Below, piece after piece: positions 37,041-47,388 of a stretch of 64,000 bases of DNA. The position numbers were made by a program, and so were the translations under genes. Location of the stretch: the NCBI GenBank assembly GCA_023145435.1, contig JAGLDS010000001.1, positions 51,140 through 115,139 on the forward strand, in the 5' to 3' direction. Under the pieces are notes generated by a model, which had not been told where the DNA came from, made no database searches, and saw only the letters and a list, made by a program, of their open reading frames with translations. This stretch comes from Clostridiales bacterium (GTDB lineage Bacteria; Bacillota; Clostridia; DUPQ01). Position 1 is the first letter of the stretch; each line of letters starts with the position of its first letter.

Positions 37041-37736
37041 CTAGTTTTCTAAATAAAGTTTATATAATTTTTTAGGACTAATAATTGTAAAGGTATTCTT
37101 TTTGTAAACAAGAATACCTTTTTTTTGTAGCAAACTTAGCACCCTTGATAAAGCGCTCCTATTACTATGCAAATATTCAGCTAGTTCATAACGTTTAAAG
37201 GGAATTGTGAAGGAAAGATTTGCATTTTTTCTAATTTGGTTTACTAAGTAAATGCTAAGTTTTTGTTCTATTGTTTTTTTTGTTAGATATTCCATTTTTT
37301 CATTCATAACCAACGTTTTATTTGCTAGTATTGTCATCATGTTACTAATAAGTTTTTTATGAAAGGTACAAGAATGTTCACATATACCAATTAACTGATT
37401 AAAATCAATAAACATTATTTCACTATCACCATGACTAGAAACTGTAACTGGGCTGATATTTTTTCCAGAACAAACAAAAACTTCTGCAAATAAATCACTA
37501 GATTCTAATCTGCTAATAATTACTTTATTACCAACATAATCTTCTTTGGCAATGTCAATATTCCCTGAAAGAATAATGCCGATTTCATTAATAACATCAT
37601 CTTGCATAAAAATAATATCATTTTTTGAATATGAGTGATAATTTGCTTTTATACATTGAAGTAATTGAGGTAATTCCTCATACTTTATTCCTTCAAAGAG
37701 AGGACAAGATAGTATTTTTTTATAGATAATTTTCAT
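37041..37736 (-). CDS. Crp/Fnr-family transcriptional regulator
   Basis: N-terminal cNMP-binding beta-roll and C-terminal HTH (YELAEYLHSNRSALSRVLSLLQKKGIL). Confidence 0.85.
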   Translation of the reverse strand: MKIIYKKILSCPLFEGIKYEELPQLLQCIKANYHSYSKNDIIFMQDDVINEIGIILSGNIDIAKEDYVGNKVIISRLESSDLFAEVFVCSGKNISPVTVSSHGDSEIMFIDFNQLIGICEHSCTFHKKLISNMMTILANKTLVMNEKMEYLTKKTIEQKLSIYLVNQIRKNANLSFTIPFKRYELAEYLHSNRSALSRVLSLLQKKGILVYKKNTFTIISPKKLYKLYLEN

Positions 37737-37748
37737 GTTTGCCTTAAT

Positions 37749-37762
37749 GTTGCAATTGCAAC
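37749..37762. promoter_or_regulatory. perfect 14-bp palindrome, candidate operator in the crp/cupin divergent region
   Basis: GTTGCAATTGCAAC lies 13 nt upstream of the crp-family ATG and about 100 nt upstream of the cupin gene. Confidence 0.4.
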
Positions 37763-37863
37763 GGAAATTATCTGATAACTATACTATACTACCACTATAA
37801 AATCAATTATAAGATATTAAGGATAGTGTTATGTTATGTAACTATTATATAAAGGAGAAGAAA

Positions 37864-38187
37864 ATGATAGAAAAAATTTATGAAATAACAACAGGGAATA
37901 ATAAAACAATAGAGAAAATTGTGGACGATAATCATGTAAATATAAACCATATGATTTTAAATAAAGATGAAGCACTTCCACTTCACTTCGCAAATTCAAA
38001 TGTATATATGGTGATTGTAAGAGGCAATCTTACATTGGCACTAAATGAAAAAGAGTTTGCCACATATACTTATGGGCAAATCATAAATATTCCATATAAA
38101 ACAAAAATGAATGTATCAAATACTAATGAACAAGTGTTGGAGTTTTTTGTAGTGAAATCACCAAACCCAAGACATTATAATGATTGA
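37864..38187 (+). CDS. cupin-domain protein
   Basis: About 107 aa in a single beta-barrel pattern (LPLHFANSNVYMVIVRGNLTL...). AAGGAG RBS before the ATG at 37864. Confidence 0.6.
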   Translation: MIEKIYEITTGNNKTIEKIVDDNHVNINHMILNKDEALPLHFANSNVYMVIVRGNLTLALNEKEFATYTYGQIINIPYKTKMNVSNTNEQVLEFFVVKSPNPRHYND

Positions 38188-38252
38188 ATTATACTAATGT
38201 TAACTTATTTCTCTTTAATATATGTAAATTGTATCAGCATCAATAGAATTTT

Positions 38253-38261
38253 TGCTATAAT
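38253..38261 (+). promoter_or_regulatory. extended -10 element upstream of the GT4 cluster
   Basis: TGCTATAAT lies 31 nt upstream of the ATG at 38292. Confidence 0.35.
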
Positions 38262-38291
38262 ATAGTACATAAACTATAAAAAGGTGAATTT

Positions 38292-39419
38292 ATGAAAATT
38301 GTATTTAATATGGTACATTTATCAGATGTTAATACTGCAACTGGAATTGGTTATCATCAGCTTAATATTGTAGAAGGATTGATGGCTTTATCTTTGCAAG
38401 AACATTATATATTTATAGTTAATGATATAGTTAAAGAGCAGTTGACAAAAAAATATCCTAAAATTATAACCATCTCTTATGGGAAACAAGATAAAATTCC
38501 AAAAATATTCAAAAAATATTATTATTATTTAAACGTATTATTTATTGATCAAATATATATTAAAAAAATCGTAAATAAAATTAAACCCGATGTTATTTTT
38601 CAACCTTTTAATAGTATTACAATAAAAACAAGATGGAAGATACCTGTAGTAATCATGGTGCTTGATATGTATCATCGTTTTTTTTCTGAACAATTAGGAA
38701 AAGCCAAATATTATATTACAGTGAAAAGGCATGATTCAATGATGAAATATTCAGATGCCATTATTACTAGTACTAATGTAAATAAAAAGCATATTAGCCG
38801 ATTTTATCCCAAAAGTAGTAAAAAGATTAATGTGATTCCTGTTCCTATTTCCATTGATACAACTAAAATAAAGAAGTTTAGTGTAAAAACCCCATATATA
38901 TTGTGTGTAAATTCATTAAGGTATCATAAAAATATTCACACCTTAATAAAAGCTTTTGATTTAATTAAAGAAAAAATCAAACATGATTTAATTCTTATTG
39001 GTACTAGTGAAAATGACGAAGCTAATAATATAAAAAATAAGAATAGTAGAATTCATTTTACTGGGTACATTTCAGAAGCAGAAAGAAATTATCTATACAA
39101 AATGGCTGATTTAAATATTAGTCCTACTATGTTCGAAGGTTTTGGTATGACTCCATTAGAGGCAATGCTATTTGAAAAAAAAGTATTGGTATCTGATATT
39201 GAGGTTATGAGAGAATCAACTTTTAATAGAGCACAATATTTTATGGACATTGAAAACGAAGATATATTGGCGAAAAAAATAATTGAAGTTTTATCAATAA
39301 AAGAAGACAACTCAGATTTAAAAGATTGTAAAGAAGAAGTAATTAAAAGGTATAACCCTAGAGTTGTTGCTAAGCAGATTCATCAAGTGCTTATGAAGAC
39401 TGGTGGAGAAAAACAATGA
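38292..39419 (+). CDS. GT4-family glycosyltransferase
   Basis: GT-B C-terminal domain with the EX7E motif (EGFGMTPLEAM). Confidence 0.8.
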   Translation: MKIVFNMVHLSDVNTATGIGYHQLNIVEGLMALSLQEHYIFIVNDIVKEQLTKKYPKIITISYGKQDKIPKIFKKYYYYLNVLFIDQIYIKKIVNKIKPDVIFQPFNSITIKTRWKIPVVIMVLDMYHRFFSEQLGKAKYYITVKRHDSMMKYSDAIITSTNVNKKHISRFYPKSSKKINVIPVPISIDTTKIKKFSVKTPYILCVNSLRYHKNIHTLIKAFDLIKEKIKHDLILIGTSENDEANNIKNKNSRIHFTGYISEAERNYLYKMADLNISPTMFEGFGMTPLEAMLFEKKVLVSDIEVMRESTFNRAQYFMDIENEDILAKKIIEVLSIKEDNSDLKDCKEEVIKRYNPRVVAKQIHQVLMKTGGEKQ

Positions 39420-41599
39420 AAATTGCTATTGATTTAACTAACTTTAATAAAGAGTTCAAAGGCGGCAAAGAACAAGTAATCTGTAACTTGATTACAGGTT
39501 TTATCAGTCAATCACCTCAAACAGAATTAGTACTCTTTTGTTATGAAGACTATGAAAATAAAGCAAAAAAACTTGCAAAAAATGCTACTATTATTACTTT
39601 TAAACGATGGAAGATTAAAAGATTCATTCAAGATATGTATTTGCGAACTTTTATAATTAAACAACATTTAGATAATGTTGATATATTATTTTTCCCAATT
39701 TATTACACAGGATTCCATAAATTTTCTATCCCAACAATTGTTCTTCCACATGATATTCATTTCAAATCTCATCCTTCTTCATTTGGTGTTTTATCTAGAA
39801 TTAAAGAAAATATATTGTATAAAATTGATTTTTCATTACGTGACTACGTAATGGCTATTTCTGATTTTGATTATCATGAAATGATAAAATATTTTCCAGC
39901 TTATATTGAAAAAATTACTAAAATATATAATCCGATTGTGGCACCAAAAACAATTAGGAAATCAAAAAGAAAGCATTTACTTGCAATTAATGTTGGATTT
40001 GCTCATAAGAATATTAAAACACTTATTAAAGCTTACTCATTAATAAAAGATCAATGCCAATTACCATTAATTTTAATTGGCAAGTCATATGATGATGTCA
40101 ATATTAACGAAATGATTAAAAACTACGGACTACAAGATTATATTACTTATATGGGGTATGTAGAAGATGGAAATCTAAAACAATTATTTATTGATGCGTA
40201 TGCTTACATCACACCGTCTATTTATGAAGGATTTGGTATGACAGCTGTTGAGGCTATGCTTTATAAAGTGCCGGTTATTTCTTCAAAACAAGAAGCATTA
40301 GTTGAAGTAACTTTTAATAAAGCTACATATTATGAACCATATAATGATGCTAAAGCATTGGCTAAAGAAATATTGAAGTTAATAAAGTGTTATCCGGATG
40401 AAGTATATTTAAATAATTTAAAAGCACAAGCAACAAAAATATTCCATTTTGAAAAAATTGCTATTGAGTATTTAAAGTTTTTTAAAAAGATCAGTCAGCA
40501 GATAATTTATGTTGATCCAATGTCATATCATAATTTAGCGTTATATGATCATAGCTTGTTATCTGCTATGTCATCAATGGATATTATTTATGTGGGTAAT
40601 AGTAATTATAATTTATCCAAAAACCATCAAATTAAAAGACTATATGACTATTCTAGGTACTCTTTAACAATAAAAAAAGTTAGTAGTTATTTGTTTTCAC
40701 AAAAAAAGCTATATAAACTTATTAAGAAACATCATATAAAAGTGGTACATTTACAGTGGTCGCGAATGGCGTTTATTGATTATCTATTCATTAAGTATAT
40801 GAAGCGAAAATTACATATAAAATTTGTTTACACTTCCCATGATACTTTTAGTCATAACTTTGAGCAAAGTAAGAAAAAGGTATATCTAAAACTAATGGGA
40901 ATTGCTGATAGAATAATCGTACATACAAAAACATCAGCCAATATATTAGCAGTACATGGATTTTTAAAAGTTACAGTTATTAATCATGGACTACTAGATA
41001 TTAAAAACATGTATCCTCCTGAACCTATAGATTACAATAAAGAGAAAAGAATTGTTTTTTCACTTCTAGGATATATGGAAGAATATAAAGGAACAGATTT
41101 ACTAGTAAAAGCATGGTTGAAGTCTAAGAAACTTATGAGTAATAATAGGATTCAATTGGTTGTTATAGGTAAAAACAAAATGAATTATCATCCAGTGATT
41201 AGAGCCAATTCAAATATTATATTTAAAGATGAATTGCTAAATGATTATGCCTTTACAAGATGGATGGAAATAAGTGATATAGTTGTGTTACCTTATCAAA
41301 CTATTTCACAAAGTGGGTTATTATTAACAGCTTTATCAATGAATAAACATTTTGTTGTTAATGATGTTGGAGAAATAGCAATTCCTATTAAAAAGTACCA
41401 ATTAGGATGGATTATTAATGAGCAGTCAGTAGAAGGATTACAAATACAACTAGAAAAAATTGTTTTGGATATAGAGAAAAATGGATTATCAACAATCAGT
41501 AAAGAAACCCTTGAAAGAATTAATAATGATTATAGTTGGAAAATCTCAGGAGAAAAAACTATGGCAATATATATGAAATTATTAGAGAAAAGAGTATAA
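39416..41599 (+). CDS. fusion of two GT4-like glycosyltransferase modules (727 aa)
   Basis: The first module has EGFGMTAVEAM (EX7E). The second module (about aa 360-727) is a GT-B fold with SQSGLLLTALS at the equivalent site. ATGA overlap with the upstream GT4. Confidence 0.7.
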   Translation: MKIAIDLTNFNKEFKGGKEQVICNLITGFISQSPQTELVLFCYEDYENKAKKLAKNATIITFKRWKIKRFIQDMYLRTFIIKQHLDNVDILFFPIYYTGFHKFSIPTIVLPHDIHFKSHPSSFGVLSRIKENILYKIDFSLRDYVMAISDFDYHEMIKYFPAYIEKITKIYNPIVAPKTIRKSKRKHLLAINVGFAHKNIKTLIKAYSLIKDQCQLPLILIGKSYDDVNINEMIKNYGLQDYITYMGYVEDGNLKQLFIDAYAYITPSIYEGFGMTAVEAMLYKVPVISSKQEALVEVTFNKATYYEPYNDAKALAKEILKLIKCYPDEVYLNNLKAQATKIFHFEKIAIEYLKFFKKISQQIIYVDPMSYHNLALYDHSLLSAMSSMDIIYVGNSNYNLSKNHQIKRLYDYSRYSLTIKKVSSYLFSQKKLYKLIKKHHIKVVHLQWSRMAFIDYLFIKYMKRKLHIKFVYTSHDTFSHNFEQSKKKVYLKLMGIADRIIVHTKTSANILAVHGFLKVTVINHGLLDIKNMYPPEPIDYNKEKRIVFSLLGYMEEYKGTDLLVKAWLKSKKLMSNNRIQLVVIGKNKMNYHPVIRANSNIIFKDELLNDYAFTRWMEISDIVVLPYQTISQSGLLLTALSMNKHFVVNDVGEIAIPIKKYQLGWIINEQSVEGLQIQLEKIVLDIEKNGLSTISKETLERINNDYSWKISGEKTMAIYMKLLEKRV

Positions 41600-41600
41600 A

Positions 41601-42656
41601 GTGAAAGCAAAACAAGTGTTACCTGTTGAAGTTGTTTTTACACCTGGATGGTGGCATAAACATGCGAAAATTAATTTTGATGAAGATTTTTTCTTTAATC
41701 CTAAAAGACGAGTTCATGATGAAATGATAATGAGACACTTTTTATATAATCGTTTTAAAATTAAAGGGTTAGGAGATAAGCATTTAATAGAGAAACCAGT
41801 TATTGGGCCAGTGCATTTAGCTGCTGGATTTCTGATTCCTCAATTATTTGGTTGTGAGATCAGATTCCATATAGATGGTCCACCAGATGTAATTCCACTA
41901 AATTTAACAGACGAACAAGTTATAACCTTAGAAAAACCTAATATTTACACTACTTATCCCATGAACCAAATGATTAATATGATGGATAAATTAGAAAATG
42001 AGTTTGGATATATTGAAGGTGACGTTGACTGGAATGGCGTACTAAATCATGGATTAGATTTGAGAGGACAACAATTGTTTATTGACATGATGGATGAGAG
42101 TCCTATTATTGATATATTATTTAACAAAATATATGAAACTATGATTGAGTTTGTATCATATATACAAAAGAGAACAGGTTCTACATCAACTGCTGTAAAT
42201 AGGCAAACACTTAATTTTGACAAACCAGTGACTTTACATTCGAATTGTTCAGTTCAGATGATTTCTAATGACTTATATGAAAAGTATTTATTGCAATATG
42301 ATCAGAAATTAGCAAACCTTTATAAACCATATGGAATTCATCATTGTGGAGATAATATGGAAAATGTTATTAAAGGATATCAAAAAGTAAAAGGTGCTAC
42401 TTTTTTTGATGTTGGATATGGTAGTGATGTATCTATGTGTAGAAGATACTTACCAGATGTCTTTTTGAATTTACGACTTAGTCCTGTGAAAATACTATCA
42501 TGTTCTCCAAAAGAGGTTAAAGATGATATATTAAGACTAGTAAAAGATAATGGAGGAGTACATAATGCGGGTATTTGCTGTATTAATATGGACGCGAATA
42601 CTCCAGATGAAAATATAGCTATGATATATGAGACTGCTAAAGAACTTAGAAAGTAA
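41601..42656 (+). CDS. URO-D superfamily protein, MtaA-like (paralog 4)
   Basis: HHCG motif and C-terminal GICCINMDANTPDEN. GTG start 1 nt after the GT fusion stop. The N-terminus lacks the PDR motif of the other paralogs. Confidence 0.55.
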   Translation: MKAKQVLPVEVVFTPGWWHKHAKINFDEDFFFNPKRRVHDEMIMRHFLYNRFKIKGLGDKHLIEKPVIGPVHLAAGFLIPQLFGCEIRFHIDGPPDVIPLNLTDEQVITLEKPNIYTTYPMNQMINMMDKLENEFGYIEGDVDWNGVLNHGLDLRGQQLFIDMMDESPIIDILFNKIYETMIEFVSYIQKRTGSTSTAVNRQTLNFDKPVTLHSNCSVQMISNDLYEKYLLQYDQKLANLYKPYGIHHCGDNMENVIKGYQKVKGATFFDVGYGSDVSMCRRYLPDVFLNLRLSPVKILSCSPKEVKDDILRLVKDNGGVHNAGICCINMDANTPDENIAMIYETAKELRK

Positions 42657-42773
42657 TTGTATGAAGGAAGTATATAAGCATAATGAAATTTAAATCAAAA
42701 AGATAAGAGATTTAAATAGTAAATAAAGAGGATGGGGTCAAGATATTATTACTTAGCCCATAGTGTATAATTA

Positions 42774-45047
42774 ATGAAAATAGCAAATCTTCCAAATAAA
42801 GTGTTATTAACAGGACAATGGTATTGTTGTTATAATCAAATAGATTGTAATTTCACCACTATAGATAATATTAATACTAATGAAATCACAGTAATCAAAG
42901 CCTCTGTTCCAGGTAATTTTGAAATTGATTTATTAAACAATCATTTAATTGATGATATATATTTTGGAAGCCATATTGAAAAAAACTATAAATATGAAAA
43001 TTATCATAAATGGTATTTCAAGGAATTTGAATATAATGGAGATAATTCAAAACTTACTTTGTGCTTTGAAGGGCTTGATTGCATAGCTGATGTGTATTTA
43101 AATGGACAATTAGTTTTACAAAGTAATAATATGTTAATAAGCCATGAAGCATTAGTGGAAGATATAATCAAAAATAATAATGAGTTAGTAGTTCATTTTT
43201 ACCCTGTAAAAGATAGCGCGTTACAAAAAGATTATCCATTATATTGTGGCGCATTTCCTTTTAATGTTGAGTCGCTTTATATTAGAAAAGCACCACATAT
43301 GTATGGTTGGGATATTTTTCCACGACTACTTTCTGCTGGGATTTTTAAAGAGTGCTATTTGTATCAGAAAACGAGAGTAATTGAAGAAATCCATGTGGAA
43401 ACCATGGGGATTTATGAAACTCATGCTGATATGTTATTTTACTTTTCTTTAGCAATTGATGATTATGATTATCATGAATACACTTTGAAAATTCAAGCTG
43501 AATGTAATGGCCAAGTAGTATATGAAAAGGTTAATGTACTATTCATATCTGGAAAGCATTTATTTACAATAAATAATCCATTTCTTTGGTGGCCAAGAGG
43601 AAAAGGAAATCCTGATTTGTATGAGGCGAAAATAACATTAGAGAAAAATGGTGTAAAAATAGAACAAGTTAGTTTGAAATTTGGAATACGCATTCTTAAG
43701 TTATTAAGAAGTGAAATTATAAGTGATAAGAAAAACTCTCAATTTATATTTAACATCAATCATAAAAGAGTTTTCATATTAGGAACAAATTGGGTGCCTG
43801 CTGATGCTCTACATTCAAAAGATCATGAACATATTGAGAAAATGATTGAACTAGTTAATGATTTAGGGTGTAACATGATTAGATGTTGGGGTGGAAATAT
43901 TTATGAAGATGATATGTTTTATGAACTATGTGATAAATATGGAATTATGGTATGGCAGGATTTTTCGTTTGGATGTGCAGTATATCCACAAGATGAAAAC
44001 CTTTTAAACGATATAAAAAAAGAAGGAATAGCTGTAATTAAGCGATTACGAACACACGCTTGTTTAGTTTTATGGGCAGGAGACAATGAAGTAGATTGTG
44101 CACATTCTTGGTTTGGTGGGAACCTTGATCCTGCAATAAATAAGATAAACCGTAAATTACTAAGTGAATTAGTTTCAATTCATGACCCATATAAAGAATA
44201 TTTACCATCGTCTCCATACATAAGTTCACAATCGCACAATAATGGCTCAAATAATGTATTACCAGAATGCCACTTGTGGGGACCAAGAGACTATTATAAA
44301 AGCGATTTTTACAAATCTGCAACTTGCTATTTTGCTAGCGAAATAGGATATCATGGATGCCCTTCACCAAAAAGCATTGAAAAATTTATTAGTAATGAGT
44401 ATAAATGGCCTTATGAAAATAATAGAGAATGGCTACTTCATTGTACTTCACCTATGCCAGATAAGGATGACAGATATAATTTTAGAATCCAATTAATGGT
44501 AAATCAGATAGGTGTATTATTCGGCCAAATTCCAGATAATTTAGAAGATTTTTCTTTAGCTTCACAGATATCTCAAGCAGAAGCAATGAAATTTTTCATT
44601 GAACTTTTTAGGCAACAAAAATGGAGCAAAACTGGCATTATATGGTGGAATTTACGTGATGGTTGGCCACAGTTCTCAGATGCAATAGTAGATTATTATT
44701 TTGAAAAAAAATTGGCATATGACTATATAAAAAGGGCACAACAACCCCTACTAGTTATAATGAGCGAACCTATAAATGGATATCATGAAATATTAATTGT
44801 TAATGATTTTACGAAAAATTTAAAAATAAAAATAAAAATTATTGATGAGGAAAATAAATTAGTATTTACTAAATGCTGTTATGCTTTAGCAGATGAAGTA
44901 ATTAAGGTAGGTAGGATTCCGTTTATATCATCAGAAAAACATTTTTATAAAATTTCTTATGAGTTCAATAATGTTACTTATACTAGTCATTATCTATCGG
45001 GAAATCCTACATTTTCATTGTCCTGGTATAAAAAACAGCTACAATAA
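42774..45047 (+). CDS. GH2 glycoside hydrolase, beta-mannosidase-like; cytoplasmic
   Basis: LWWPRGKGNPDLYE, RCWGGNIYEDDMFYELCDKYGIMVWQDF, acid/base WAGDNE, nucleophile FASEIGYHG. Confidence 0.8.
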   Translation: MKIANLPNKVLLTGQWYCCYNQIDCNFTTIDNINTNEITVIKASVPGNFEIDLLNNHLIDDIYFGSHIEKNYKYENYHKWYFKEFEYNGDNSKLTLCFEGLDCIADVYLNGQLVLQSNNMLISHEALVEDIIKNNNELVVHFYPVKDSALQKDYPLYCGAFPFNVESLYIRKAPHMYGWDIFPRLLSAGIFKECYLYQKTRVIEEIHVETMGIYETHADMLFYFSLAIDDYDYHEYTLKIQAECNGQVVYEKVNVLFISGKHLFTINNPFLWWPRGKGNPDLYEAKITLEKNGVKIEQVSLKFGIRILKLLRSEIISDKKNSQFIFNINHKRVFILGTNWVPADALHSKDHEHIEKMIELVNDLGCNMIRCWGGNIYEDDMFYELCDKYGIMVWQDFSFGCAVYPQDENLLNDIKKEGIAVIKRLRTHACLVLWAGDNEVDCAHSWFGGNLDPAINKINRKLLSELVSIHDPYKEYLPSSPYISSQSHNNGSNNVLPECHLWGPRDYYKSDFYKSATCYFASEIGYHGCPSPKSIEKFISNEYKWPYENNREWLLHCTSPMPDKDDRYNFRIQLMVNQIGVLFGQIPDNLEDFSLASQISQAEAMKFFIELFRQQKWSKTGIIWWNLRDGWPQFSDAIVDYYFEKKLAYDYIKRAQQPLLVIMSEPINGYHEILIVNDFTKNLKIKIKIIDEENKLVFTKCCYALADEVIKVGRIPFISSEKHFYKISYEFNNVTYTSHYLSGNPTFSLSWYKKQLQ

Positions 45048-45100
45048 CAATAACTCAAATATGTTATACTATTATTAAGAAAAATTAGGAGAATTATTGA

Positions 45101-46117
45101 ATGATTATTGTAATGAAATCAAAGGCAACTAAGGAGAATATTGAGAGCGTAGTAGATAAACTACATAAATATGGTCTTGAGGCACACTTATCTACTGGAA
45201 AGCAAGTTACAATTATTGGTGTTGTAGGGGATAAAGCTGTCTTATCTAATAAAAATATGGAATTATTGCCAGGAGTTGATAAATTAGTTCCTATTACAGA
45301 AACATATAAATTGGTTAATCGGAAATTCACAGAAAAAAACACAACAATAAAAATTAAAGATGTGATTATTGGAGGTTCGAATTTTACTATGATTGCAGGA
45401 CCTTGCTCTGTTGAGAGTGAAGAACAGGTTTATAATACAGCACAGTATTTGCATGAATCAGGTATAAAGATATTACGAGGTGGTGCATTTAAACCTAGAA
45501 CATCACCTTACTCCTTTCAAGGGTTAGGAGAAGAAGGGCTCATTTATATGAAAAAAGCTGCCAAAGATTTTGACATGTTAATGGTTAGTGAGGTAACTAG
45601 TATTCGTGCATTAGATATTGCGGAACCATATCTTGATATTATTCAAATTGGTGCTAGAAATATGCAAAATTATGAACTATTAAAAGAAGTTGGTAGGACT
45701 CATAAACCTGTGTTTTTAAAAAGAGGTTTATCAGCTACAATTGATGAATGGTTAAATGCTGCTGAATATATTATTAGAGAAAACAATTCAAAAGTTATAC
45801 TTTGTGAGAGAGGTATTAGAACATTTGAAACAGCAACAAGAAATACATTAGATATTTCAGCTGTTCCCGTTGTGAAAGCAAAATCTCATCTTCCTATATT
45901 TGTTGATCCATCTCATGCAAGTGGAGTTAAAGATTATATAATTCCTTTAGCAAGAGCAGCTGTTGCAGCGGACTGTGACGGATTAATGGTAGAAGTTCAT
46001 CCTCATCCTGAACAAGCGTTATCAGATGGTGCGCAAGCATTGACCCCCATTGATTTTACTGAATTATTAAGACAAATAAAACCAATAGTTAATATAATGG
46101 GGAGAAATATAACATGA
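45101..46117 (+). CDS. aroF: 3-deoxy-7-phosphoheptulonate (DAHP) synthase, type I-beta, with an N-terminal ferredoxin-like regulatory domain
   Basis: KPRTSPYSFQG, CERGIRTFE, VDPSHA. The about 70-aa N-terminal domain resembles that of the T. maritima enzyme. Confidence 0.9.
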   Translation: MIIVMKSKATKENIESVVDKLHKYGLEAHLSTGKQVTIIGVVGDKAVLSNKNMELLPGVDKLVPITETYKLVNRKFTEKNTTIKIKDVIIGGSNFTMIAGPCSVESEEQVYNTAQYLHESGIKILRGGAFKPRTSPYSFQGLGEEGLIYMKKAAKDFDMLMVSEVTSIRALDIAEPYLDIIQIGARNMQNYELLKEVGRTHKPVFLKRGLSATIDEWLNAAEYIIRENNSKVILCERGIRTFETATRNTLDISAVPVVKAKSHLPIFVDPSHASGVKDYIIPLARAAVAADCDGLMVEVHPHPEQALSDGAQALTPIDFTELLRQIKPIVNIMGRNIT

Positions 46118-47205
46118 TTGTTGGTGTTGTTGGATTAGGTTTAATTGGAGGTTCCATTGCAAAAGCATTAAAAAAACATAAAGCATGTGATTTTATTATT
46201 GCCTATGATAATAATACTGAAACATTGAAGAATGCAAAAGAAGAAAATATAATTAATGAATATACCTTAAAAATAAATAAATCCTTTGCAAAATGCCAAG
46301 TAATATTTATTTGTACACCTGTAGATAGTATATTTGGTATTATTGAAAAATTTAGTAAGATTGTACCCACATCATGTATTATTACAGATGTGGGTAGCAC
46401 AAAAAACTCCTTGGCACATCAAGTAAATCAATTACATCCAATGGTATCTTACATTGGTGGACATCCAATGGCAGGTCTTGAAAAAAATGGTTATGATTAT
46501 TCTAGCGAAATTTTATTAGAAAATGCTTATTATTTAATAACGAAATCATCATTTAATACAGAAGAGCAAATGGCTTTATTTCAAAGTTTGATTAAAAAAA
46601 TTAAAGCTATTCCTTTGATAATTTCACCAGAATATCATGATTATATCGTAGCTAGTATTTCGCATATTCCCCATATTATTGCTTCATCGCTAGTAAATAT
46701 GGTGAAAAGCAATGATCAAGACAATAACTATATGCATACTTTAGCATCTGGTGGATTTAGAGATATTACAAGGATTGCTTCTTCATCACCTACTATTTGG
46801 AAAGATATATGTTTACATAACTCACAAGAAATACAAGATAATTTAAAAGTATTTATTAATAAAATAAAGATATTTGAAGAAGCTATTATCAATAAAGATG
46901 AAAAAACTCTTTTAATGCTGTTTACTCAATCAAAAGAATATCGTGATTCTTTTGATAATAGACAGACTAGCATAATGAATAAAATTTATGATTTTTCAAT
47001 AAGTGTTGAAGATAAACCTGGAATTATAGCAGATGTTTCTACCATTCTGGCAAAAAACAATATTAACATAAAGAATATTGGGATTTTAAACAATCGTGAA
47101 AGCTATGGTGGTGCACTACGAATTGAATTGTATAGTGAAGAACATAGACTGCAAGCATTACAGGTATTAGAGAAATTACAGTATAATATTCACGTAAAAG
47201 AATAA
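46114..47205 (+). CDS. tyrA: prephenate dehydrogenase with a C-terminal ACT domain
   Basis: VGLGLIGGS NAD motif, GGHPMAG, ISHIPH, and an ACT-like tail (ISVEDKPGIIADVSTILA). ATGA overlap with aroF. Confidence 0.9.
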   Translation: MIVGVVGLGLIGGSIAKALKKHKACDFIIAYDNNTETLKNAKEENIINEYTLKINKSFAKCQVIFICTPVDSIFGIIEKFSKIVPTSCIITDVGSTKNSLAHQVNQLHPMVSYIGGHPMAGLEKNGYDYSSEILLENAYYLITKSSFNTEEQMALFQSLIKKIKAIPLIISPEYHDYIVASISHIPHIIASSLVNMVKSNDQDNNYMHTLASGGFRDITRIASSSPTIWKDICLHNSQEIQDNLKVFINKIKIFEEAIINKDEKTLLMLFTQSKEYRDSFDNRQTSIMNKIYDFSISVEDKPGIIADVSTILAKNNINIKNIGILNNRESYGGALRIELYSEEHRLQALQVLEKLQYNIHVKE

Positions 47206-47388
47206 TGCCTTATGATAACATTGCTAGCACAACATAATAAATATAGCTCTTTTCTTTTTTATTCAAAAAGAGTATTTATGTAAAAGGGTACGCCATGTTG
47301 ATAAATGATATTTAGAGGGAAAAGAACAAATCGAATTTTTTAATATATATTGCATTTAAGACGAAAAAAATCATAGAAAGATATATAA

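Noticed and set aside
42766-42776. TATAAT directly upstream of the GH2 start, considered as a leaderless promoter
   Set aside because: Only 2 nt separate the hexamer from the ATG, too close for transcription to start at the ATG. A 12-codon ORF after AAGAGGATG at about 42731 has zero RBS spacing and looks fortuitous.
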